Below, in pieces: positions 57,055 through 64,000 of a stretch of 64,000 bases of DNA. The stretch's first letter is position 1, and each line of letters starts with the position of its first letter. The DNA is taken from contig CAAGRW010000043.1 of NCBI GenBank assembly GCA_900772775.1, forward strand, positions 62-64,061, read 5' to 3'. Below the pieces are notes generated by a model. It did no database searches. It was not told where the DNA came from and worked only from the letters and a program-made list of their open reading frames with translations. This DNA comes from Candidatus Rifleibacteriota bacterium (lineage in GTDB: Bacteria > Vulcanimicrobiota > Xenobia > Xenobiales > Xenobiaceae). The position numbers and the translations under genes are program-made.

Positions 57055-58353
57055 ATGCGCTCTTATGCTGTAGGTTTGGCTTTAGGGATAGCTTTTTTGC
57101 TTGTCTGTTGGTTCAGCGGCTGCTGGCGTAGCCCAGCACCAGAAGCTCCCGGGCAGCAACACTTAGAGGTGTGGACTATAGCGCTTAAGCCTAAGTTCAC
57201 CTCTTACATGGAAGGGCTTTTCCACGAATTTGAAGAGGCCAACCCGCAAGTAAAAATAGACTGGATCGACTTGCCCCAGCAAAACATTATGCAAAAGCTG
57301 ATGGCTTCCATTGCTGGCGGCGTGCCTCCGGATGTGGTCAATTTAACTACCGGCAACGCTTTATTTTTAGCGCAAAATATGAGCTTGGCGCCCATTTCTC
57401 AATATGTTAGCACCGAAGAAGCCGATGAGTATTATCCCGGTTTATGGTCTTCGGCTTCTTTAAATGGGCAAATATATGCTGTACCTTGGTATGTTTCGGC
57501 GCGAGTACTTATTTTTAATCGTCAACTTTTGCAAGAGGCGGGTTGGCCTAATGCACGTGCGCCGCGCAGCAGAGCCGAAGTAGCTGAGCTGGCCGCCGCC
57601 ATAAAACAGCGCAACCCCCAAAGCTGGGGCTATTATCCTGTAGTGCGTATTATGGATGATTGGCGTTTAGCCAATTTGCCCATTTACGATAAACGCACAG
57701 GTCTGGCCTTGTTTAGGGAAAAGCCCTACGTACAGGCGTTGGAGTGGTATGCACAATTATATAAGCGCCAGCTTGTGCCGCAAGAATTTTTGTTAGATGG
57801 CTACCAGGGCGCTTTGGAGCGTTATAAGCAAGGCAATTTAGCTTTATTGGAAGCTGGGCCGCAATTGCTTTTGCAAATAAAAGCCGACGCTCCGCAAGTA
57901 TATGCCCAAACCGATATTGCGCCTTTGCCTTGGTCTAAAGAAGGCAAAGTACCGGCAGCTTTAATGAATTTGGCGGTACCTCAATCCTCTCCAAATAAAG
58001 AACTGGCCGTCAAATTGGCACTTTTTATCACTAATTGGCAAAATCAATTAAAGTTCGCCCAAGAAGTACCTTTGCTTACTTCCACTTGGCGCAGTACGCA
58101 AGATCCTTTCTTTACCCGCAGTAATGGCGATCCTTTGCAAGATAAAGCTGTGCGCGTTTCTTTAAAGCAATTGCCTAAAGCTAACGATTTTTCCTTAAGT
58201 TCGCCCCACGCGCGTGATTTAGAGCGTCTATTAAATAAGGCGGTGGAATCAGCAATTTACGGAGACAAAAGCAGTAGCCAAGCTTTAAACGAAGCGGCTC
58301 AAGCTTGGGATAAAATTATCGAAGCTTCTGGCTATGGAGAAAAAAATGACTGA
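57055..58353 (+). CDS. ABC transporter substrate-binding lipoprotein (carbohydrate, family 1 SBP-like)
   Basis: Lipoprotein signal (...LLVCWFSGC). Size and pattern of sugar-binding SBPs. Confidence 0.6.
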   Translation: MRSYAVGLALGIAFLLVCWFSGCWRSPAPEAPGQQHLEVWTIALKPKFTSYMEGLFHEFEEANPQVKIDWIDLPQQNIMQKLMASIAGGVPPDVVNLTTGNALFLAQNMSLAPISQYVSTEEADEYYPGLWSSASLNGQIYAVPWYVSARVLIFNRQLLQEAGWPNARAPRSRAEVAELAAAIKQRNPQSWGYYPVVRIMDDWRLANLPIYDKRTGLALFREKPYVQALEWYAQLYKRQLVPQEFLLDGYQGALERYKQGNLALLEAGPQLLLQIKADAPQVYAQTDIAPLPWSKEGKVPAALMNLAVPQSSPNKELAVKLALFITNWQNQLKFAQEVPLLTSTWRSTQDPFFTRSNGDPLQDKAVRVSLKQLPKANDFSLSSPHARDLERLLNKAVESAIYGDKSSSQALNEAAQAWDKIIEASGYGEKND

Positions 58354-58729
58354 AACTAAACAATATAATGACCAAAATACCACAGTAGCTCAATTGCGCG
58401 ATCAAGTGATCGCTTTTCGCGACGCTCGCGATTGGAAACAATTCCATAATCCCAAAGATTTAGCTATAGCTATGTCTATAGAAGCTTCCGAAGTACTGGA
58501 GTTGTGCCGTTTTAAAAGTAGCGAAGAAATAATCGAAGCGGTTAAGAGTGGGCGCAATAAAGAATTTGCTTACGAAATGGCTGACGTTTTATCTTATTTA
58601 TTGACGCTTTCCGATTGTTTAGGCGTAGATTTAGCTCAAGCTATGCAAGAAAAAGCCAAAATAAATGAAGCTCATTACCCTGTAGAATTAGCCAAGGGAA
58701 AGAAGGCTAAGTATACAGAACTTAAATAG
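58346..58729 (+). CDS. MazG-like nucleoside triphosphate pyrophosphohydrolase (small all-alpha NTP-PPase)
   Basis: FRDARDWKQFHNPKDLAIAMSIEASEVLE...EMADVLSYLL: the EExxE/D motifs of MazG-type NTP-PPases. The start overlaps the SBP stop (ATGACTGA) and has GGAG 6 nt upstream. Confidence 0.6.
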   Translation: MTETKQYNDQNTTVAQLRDQVIAFRDARDWKQFHNPKDLAIAMSIEASEVLELCRFKSSEEIIEAVKSGRNKEFAYEMADVLSYLLTLSDCLGVDLAQAMQEKAKINEAHYPVELAKGKKAKYTELK

Positions 58730-58774
58730 TAGCTTAAGTTTTTTTGGGGCAATTGCAAAAAGGGGGTATCGGTA

Positions 58775-60058
58775 ATGAACAAAAACGCAAAATTATTGGC
58801 TTTAACTTTGTCTTTTATGCTTATAGGACTAACTTGTGCTTGCACTTCTGGAGATAAAGCCGAGAATCACTTGGCGGCTTCTCAAGGGCAAAAAGCCAAA
58901 GCTCTTTCTACCGATGTAGAGGAAGCAGAAGACAGCGATTATGAAACCAATTATGAAGCCGATGAAGACGAAGACGGAGAGGCTATAGAGCGAGCCGCCT
59001 CTGAATTTGCCCAATCTGGCCGCAGTAGCAAATTACGCAAAAATTCGTTAGTTAATCAAAAGAGTCGTTCAGCTTCTTTGGCTCCGCGTGGTTTTGGACA
59101 ATACCAAATTTACGATCAACAAGCCAATATGCCGGTAGTTACTTTGCAAGTGCCGCGCGGTTGGCAAGCTAGCAGTCAAGTAAAATGGGGCCAATTTGGC
59201 TACTCTTTATGTATTTATGAAGCTTTATTTAGCGATCCTGGTTCCGGAGCTGGAGTAGGCTACTGCTCTGGTATCACTGTCGCCTGTCAAAATGGCATAC
59301 AAAGTTCAGAGTTGCTCAACAATCCCAAGAAATACGGGCAAATTTTTGCTAATGACATTAAAAAATATGCTCATATCAATCAAAATGTGAAGTTAGTCTC
59401 TGCCGAGCTGGTCCCTGGCTCTGCTGAAGCTAACCAATTAGCCTCTCAACTTAAAAATCAAGGTGGCAATTGTTTGGCCAGACAATTTGTAGCTAAATAT
59501 GATTTCCAGAACAATAATCAGCCTTGGGGAGCTATGCTTACTGCCGACGTCATTTTGCAAGAAGTTAGCTTTGCTTATGGCCCGACTAGTCATAATGAAT
59601 GGATTCTCAATTTAGTTTATCATATTTACCCTAAGAATAATGCTGAATCTGTTATCAAAATTGGTAAACAGATTATTGCTAGTGCCGTGCCTAATCCTCA
59701 ATGGCAGCAATATTTGGCTAATGTAACTAATGGTACTGTGGCTCAGCATAATAATCAGTTCCAGCAACAGCAACAAGCGGTGCGTCAAAATCAACAGGAT
59801 ATAAGCGATATGCTTAGCGATAGCTATCAGCAGCGCTCAGCTTCTCAAGATAGAATTAGTCAAGGCTGGAGTGAGGCTATTCGCGGTGAAAGTTCTCACT
59901 CTAATCCTTACGATAGCTCTTCTACGGTAACTACTTCCAATAACTATAATCATGGCTGGGCTAATAGTAATGGTGAAGTTATCAATACTGACGATAGCAA
60001 CTTTAACCCCAACACTTCGTCAGATTATAACAGCACTGAGTGGACACAAATTAAATAA
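58775..60058 (+). CDS. hypothetical secreted/lipoprotein with an acidic N-terminal region and a Gln/Asn/Ser-rich C-terminal tail
   Basis: Signal peptide MNKNAKLLALTLSFMLIGLTCAC. No recognisable catalytic motifs. Confidence 0.4.
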   Translation: MNKNAKLLALTLSFMLIGLTCACTSGDKAENHLAASQGQKAKALSTDVEEAEDSDYETNYEADEDEDGEAIERAASEFAQSGRSSKLRKNSLVNQKSRSASLAPRGFGQYQIYDQQANMPVVTLQVPRGWQASSQVKWGQFGYSLCIYEALFSDPGSGAGVGYCSGITVACQNGIQSSELLNNPKKYGQIFANDIKKYAHINQNVKLVSAELVPGSAEANQLASQLKNQGGNCLARQFVAKYDFQNNNQPWGAMLTADVILQEVSFAYGPTSHNEWILNLVYHIYPKNNAESVIKIGKQIIASAVPNPQWQQYLANVTNGTVAQHNNQFQQQQQAVRQNQQDISDMLSDSYQQRSASQDRISQGWSEAIRGESSHSNPYDSSSTVTTSNNYNHGWANSNGEVINTDDSNFNPNTSSDYNSTEWTQIK

Positions 60059-60084
60059 GAAAAAATGGCGGCGCTCAAAATAAA

Positions 60085-60987
60085 ATGCGTAAATGCAATA
60101 ATCCTTTAATTCCTTGGCTTTTTTTGGCTCCTGCGCTTTTGATTCTGGGAGTATTTGTAGTTTACCCAATTTTGTGTGGCGCTGCTTTAGCTTTTTTCGA
60201 TTTTAATATGTTGCGCTACGACAGCGCAGGCCATTTGTTAAGCCCCAAATGGGTCGGTTTAGCTAATTTTAAGCGTTTAGCCTCCGACCCTTACTTGGCT
60301 GTAGCTTTGAAAAATTCGCTGCTTTATGTGCTCTTGGTGCCCTTTTTACAAGCCGGCTCTTTGCTTTTGGCTTGGTTGCTGCGCGGCGAAACTCTCAAAG
60401 AGCGCTTAGCTAGAACCGCTCTTTATGTACCGGTAGTAACTTCTGCTGTAGTAGTAGGTATTACTTGGAAATGGATCTTGCGCAGTGATGGATTGCTCAA
60501 TCAAGCTTTGGGCTGGTTTAGCTTTGGCTTAATTGAGCCTGTACCTTGGCTTACCGATTCAAAGTTAGCTATTTTTTCTCTTATGATGGTGACAGCTTGG
60601 CAAGGCTTAGGTTATTACCTGATTTTGTATTTGGCCGGCTTGCAAGCTATTCCCAAAGAATTAGAGGAGCATGCTTCTTTAGAAGGGGCCTCGGTAGGTC
60701 AGATTTTACTTAAAATTGTAGTGCCTTTACTCAAGCCTACTATGGCTGTTTGTACGTTGCTTTCAGTTATTTCGGCCCTTAAAGTATTTACGGAAGTTTT
60801 TATTATTACTGGCGGCGGCCCCCAAAATTCAACTATTACGGCCTCTTACTACATTTATATGACCGCTTTTGAAAATTTTGATATGGGTTACGCCTCGGCT
60901 TTAGCTTTAATTCTGGCTATAATTATTGGCTTTGCTTCATTAATTCATTATTTATTGTTTAAAAAAGATGGTTGGGAACTGAATTAA
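60085..60987 (+). CDS. carbohydrate ABC transporter permease (MalF/UgpA-like); no second permease or ATPase in the window
   Basis: Six TM helices and the EAA loop LEGASVGQILLKIVVPLLKP. Confidence 0.7.
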   Translation: MRKCNNPLIPWLFLAPALLILGVFVVYPILCGAALAFFDFNMLRYDSAGHLLSPKWVGLANFKRLASDPYLAVALKNSLLYVLLVPFLQAGSLLLAWLLRGETLKERLARTALYVPVVTSAVVVGITWKWILRSDGLLNQALGWFSFGLIEPVPWLTDSKLAIFSLMMVTAWQGLGYYLILYLAGLQAIPKELEEHASLEGASVGQILLKIVVPLLKPTMAVCTLLSVISALKVFTEVFIITGGGPQNSTITASYYIYMTAFENFDMGYASALALILAIIIGFASLIHYLLFKKDGWELN

Positions 60988-61064
60988 AACAAAAAAAGAA
61001 TCCGTCGACCTATTTTTTTGCTAGGCGCGGATCCTTTTTAGGGAGCGGACAATATTGACTATTT

Positions 61065-62066
61065 TTATTTTATACTGACAATTTGTTCTGGAGCTACCGA
61101 TTTATTGTACAGCTTAATAATTTTGCCTGGATAGTGAGCTACTTCGCGATATTTCCCTAAGGCGCCGCCTTTGAAAATATCTACGCAAGCTAAATAAAGA
61201 GGCGTATTGTGTGGGTTGTCCATATCGCCTACTAAATTGCTCCATTGGCGCGGATCGAGGCCGCGATCGGAAGCTATGGCCATAGCGCGAAGAATAGTAC
61301 CGCCGCCGCCATTATAAGCGGCCAACATAAGGCACCAATATTGCTCAGTGCTAGGATTGCCATATTTTTGGTAAGCAGCAGCTACTTTTTGGGCATATTG
61401 GCAGCGCTCGGGAGGTAAGCCCATCATTTTATGATAATTGCCTGGATCAATAATTACTTTGGCTTTTTCGGCCAGTACTTTTACGCCGGCGGGAATAGCT
61501 TGATTGGGATCGCGACTAGCTGACCAACCTAAGCCAAAGCGGCGGGCCGTTTCTGGAGTAAGTTGAGCAATGCCCACAGCGCCGGTATAGCTGACCGCTT
61601 CGGGGTTGAAGCCACTTTCGCAAGCTAAAAGAGATTTCATGAGCAGAGGATGTAAAGGCACTACATCTTTGTGAGGCCAAGCATTGTTGACAGCACTGAA
61701 AATGTAGGAATTGTAGCTGTTTTCTCTAGCTCCGTAGCCCCAAGAAGTGCGCAAATCTTCGTGAGAGCGCACAGCAGGCATAGAAAAAGTAGGTATTTCT
61801 TCAGCCTTAGGCAAGACAGTTTGAGTTTCAGTGTAGCGGCGCACCGTTGTCAATTGAGTGCTCTGCACTTTGCCGCTAGGGGGCTCTATTGAGGGAGTAA
61901 TTTCTCTTTCCGGCCAAATTTCGTCAATCTGGAATAGGGGAGAAGAAATGCGAATTTCCTCGGCTGTATCGTTGGCTAGAGCAATTCCGGTCGGAACAAA
62001 AGCAAGAGCCAAGCTTAAACTTACTAAAAAAGCCGCCTGGCCGAATTTTTGACTAAAATTTATCAC
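61065..62066 (-). CDS. lytic transglycosylase (SLT domain) with signal peptide
   Basis: Catalytic block LLACESGFNPEAVSYTGAVGIAQLTPETA and the AYNGG motif. Confidence 0.7.
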   Translation of the reverse strand: MINFSQKFGQAAFLVSLSLALAFVPTGIALANDTAEEIRISSPLFQIDEIWPEREITPSIEPPSGKVQSTQLTTVRRYTETQTVLPKAEEIPTFSMPAVRSHEDLRTSWGYGARENSYNSYIFSAVNNAWPHKDVVPLHPLLMKSLLACESGFNPEAVSYTGAVGIAQLTPETARRFGLGWSASRDPNQAIPAGVKVLAEKAKVIIDPGNYHKMMGLPPERCQYAQKVAAAYQKYGNPSTEQYWCLMLAAYNGGGGTILRAMAIASDRGLDPRQWSNLVGDMDNPHNTPLYLACVDIFKGGALGKYREVAHYPGKIIKLYNKSVAPEQIVSIK

Positions 62067-62147
62067 AGATTCCCACCACTAAAACTTCAATTTGGAACTC
62101 GGGGAGTTTCTGCCCCTCGGCGCTGACTTCCTGTACAATAAATAAAA

Positions 62148-62178
62148 AGCCAGACAAAAATGTCTGGCTTATTTTATT
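62148..62178 (-). terminator. rho-independent terminator (stem AGCCAGACA/TGTCTGGCT, loop AAAA), bidirectional by flanking A/T runs
   Basis: Perfect 9-bp stem followed by tattttatt. It lies downstream of the 62194-62649 minus-strand gene. Confidence 0.65.
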
Positions 62179-62193
62179 GATTATTGTTGCTCA

Positions 62194-62649
62194 CTAATGA
62201 GCTTCGGAGTGCTTGTGTAAAAAACGATGATTGCAAAGGTGAGCGCTAATCAATATACAACCGCCCAGAGCTCCGACAATTTCCGAGCCCAAGTGGCCGA
62301 TCACTTCATGCAAAGGATGAGCGCCCAAAATCATAGTTAGGGAAATAATTCCCAAAGCGATAACCAAGTTTTTTCTATGTCTGAGCCAACCGGTAACTAA
62401 AGCGATACAAGCTACCGGAACGATCAGAGCCGTAATATAAAAGTGCCAGCGCTCGTCTAAGTGGAATTGGTTGCCTAATAAAGGCAAAAGGGCCAACACT
62501 GCCGGCAAAAGGGTGCAGTGGATCAAGCAAGCAGAAGATAAAACCACGCCCAACAAGTCCAACCCGCGCAACCCTTCAGGCTTAGCGGCGATATTCTCTT
62601 TGCTATGACATTGACATGTAGAAGAAACAGCAGTCATAATTTTCCCCAC
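62194..62649 (-). CDS. small 4-TM membrane protein, MerC-domain-like (putative)
   Basis: 151 aa with four hydrophobic helices and Cys/His residues in the loops and helices (CQCH, LIHCTLLP, HLCNHRFLHKH). Confidence 0.3.
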   Translation of the reverse strand: MGKIMTAVSSTCQCHSKENIAAKPEGLRGLDLLGVVLSSACLIHCTLLPAVLALLPLLGNQFHLDERWHFYITALIVPVACIALVTGWLRHRKNLVIALGIISLTMILGAHPLHEVIGHLGSEIVGALGGCILISAHLCNHRFLHKHSEAH

Positions 62650-62846
62650 AAAAAAGAGTCCGCTTTATTGGGACTCACTACTATTCAGTTTAATTTTTAC
62701 TTTGGTGATAATAGTTTATCATTAGCAGAATGTCAAGAGCGATATGCTTTATTGCCATACGTTTTTTACTTTAGCAATATTGAAAGCTATGGTAAAATGA
62801 TAAACAAACTTATTGCAGGATTTTCTTTGATAATATGCCCCATAAA

Positions 62847-64000
62847 ATGACTTTGAAAGAAATTTGCCACGAAGTTGAATCATCGTATTTCGACCGCAAA
62901 AGTGCCAGGATCGACGCTAAGGCTTTGGCTGTGCTTTTTATAGCTTTTGCCAATGCCGACGGAGGGACTGTCGCCATTGGTGTTGAGGATGATGGCACTA
63001 TAACTGGCATTGACAATTATAAAGAAAATATCAATAAATTGCTAAATGTGCCTTTTGATTTTTGTAAACCATCAATAAGCAATTTTACTACCGAAGAGAT
63101 TAAGTGTAAAAATAATAAAGGCGTCACTGATCATATCCTTTTAATCCATATCGCTCCTAGCACTTTATTGCATACAAATCAAACTGATGAGGCTTTTTTT
63201 AGAGTTGGAGACAGATCAAAAAAATTAAATTTTGAAGAGCGTTTACAGCTAATGTATTCCAAAGGCACGCGATATTTTGAAGATTCGCCTGTTCCTGACG
63301 CCGATTTAGAAGATTTGGATCTTAGCTTTGTGAAAAAATACATTGCCAAAATCGGCTATAAGAGAAAAAGTGCTCAAAAATATTTAGAAGAGAACAAAGA
63401 TTTCGTTATTACAAAAAATGGCAAAAGAGAAATAAGCGCAGCGGCTATACTTTTGTTTGGTAAAAATCCTGGTAGATTTTTCCCTCGTGCTAGAGTTAGA
63501 GTTGTAAAATACGAAGGTACTGAAGCTAAAGTCGGAGCGGCTATGAATGTGATTAAGGATGTCTCTTTTACTGGTCGCATTCTTGAAGTTGTGGAAAAAT
63601 CGCTTGATTTTATGCGTAGTCAAATTAAAGAATATACTTATTTAGGCCCTGATACCAAATTTGTTACTGAGCCTGAATATCCGGAGTTTGCTTGGCAAGA
63701 AATTATTATAAATGCTATAGCTCATCGCGATTACAGTATCAAAGGCACTGATATTCAGGTAAAAATTTTTGATGATAAAATCGTCGTTGAAAGTCCCGGC
63801 ACACTGCCCGGCATTGTGCGCTTAAACAATATGCGCAGTGTCCATTTTTCACGTAATCCTAAGCTGGCGCAATTTCTTCACGAGTACGAATATGTAAAAG
63901 AGTTTGGTGAAGGTGTAGACAGACTTTATGAAGTTATGAAAGATGCCGGCTTGCCAAAGCCCGAATATAAGGTCGATTCTTTTATGCTTTATGCCACAAT
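62847..64000 (+). CDS. AlbA_2 (Schlafen-like divergent AAA) + HATPase_c_4 domain protein, often annotated as a RecG-like / putative transcriptional regulator; 3' end truncated by the window
   Basis: The N-terminal LAVLFIAFANADGGTVAIGVEDDGTITGID and the C-terminal ESPGTLPGIVRLNNMRSVHFSRNPKLAQFL...GEGVDRLYE are hallmark blocks of this family. The region is AT-rich. The ORF is not in the supplied track because it has no in-window stop. Confidence 0.65.
   Translation, partial: MTLKEICHEVESSYFDRKSARIDAKALAVLFIAFANADGGTVAIGVEDDGTITGIDNYKENINKLLNVPFDFCKPSISNFTTEEIKCKNNKGVTDHILLIHIAPSTLLHTNQTDEAFFRVGDRSKKLNFEERLQLMYSKGTRYFEDSPVPDADLEDLDLSFVKKYIAKIGYKRKSAQKYLEENKDFVITKNGKREISAAAILLFGKNPGRFFPRARVRVVKYEGTEAKVGAAMNVIKDVSFTGRILEVVEKSLDFMRSQIKEYTYLGPDTKFVTEPEYPEFAWQEIIINAIAHRDYSIKGTDIQVKIFDDKIVVESPGTLPGIVRLNNMRSVHFSRNPKLAQFLHEYEYVKEFGEGVDRLYEVMKDAGLPKPEYKVDSFMLYAT

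Noticed and set aside
1-64000. CRISPR arrays, IS elements, integrases, rRNA genes
   Set aside because: No regularly spaced direct repeats were found. The only exact direct repeat is the tRNA-Asp duplication. No transposase/integrase-like ORFs were found. No rRNA-like sequence was found.

Overview
This 64 kb window is a gene-dense bacterial chromosomal segment of about 50% GC. It contains no CRISPR array, rRNA gene or obvious transposon.

Most of it is housekeeping. Named products: FtsY, a Cu-type P1B ATPase, GlyA, carbamate kinase, a T2SS cluster (gspC / gspL-M-N-D-E-F), a suf operon (sufC-B-D-Rieske-S-U-T), a pgpH-ybeY operon, a two-gene 2-oxoacid:ferredoxin oxidoreductase, grpE-dnaK-dnaJ-prmA-rsmE, a four-tRNA cluster (Val-Asp-Phe-Asp), recA-recX-rny, and parts of a sugar ABC transporter.

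The accessory or odd content is as follows:
- An AT-rich HigB/HigA-like toxin-antitoxin insert lies between the arcC terminator and the T2SS cluster.
- An AT-rich 3' end carries an AlbA_2/HATPase_c_4 protein.
- Several nucleotide-pool hydrolases are present: a SAMHD1-like HD dNTPase, a Nudix domain and a MazG-like protein.
- The pgpH-ybeY operon continues into two unexpected genes. The first encodes a protein whose RNase H-like domain has all four catalytic acidic residues replaced (DEDD -> C/Q/N/R), fused to an intact Nudix domain. The second encodes a cobalamin-dependent radical SAM enzyme. This is the most interesting candidate for an undescribed module.
- A shared E[VM]PPGF short motif occurs in a disordered protein upstream of copA and in a ~280-aa N-terminal extension of GrpE.
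- An in-frame Shine-Dalgarno plus ATG inside copA could yield a free CopZ-like domain.
- SufS carries a Cys/His-rich C-terminal tail.
- A perfect 15-bp palindrome abuts the RBS of an unknown gene upstream of recA.
- Structured intergenic elements lie at 21.8 kb and between grpE and dnaK.

All calls come from reading the translated ORFs and the DNA by eye. No database search was run.
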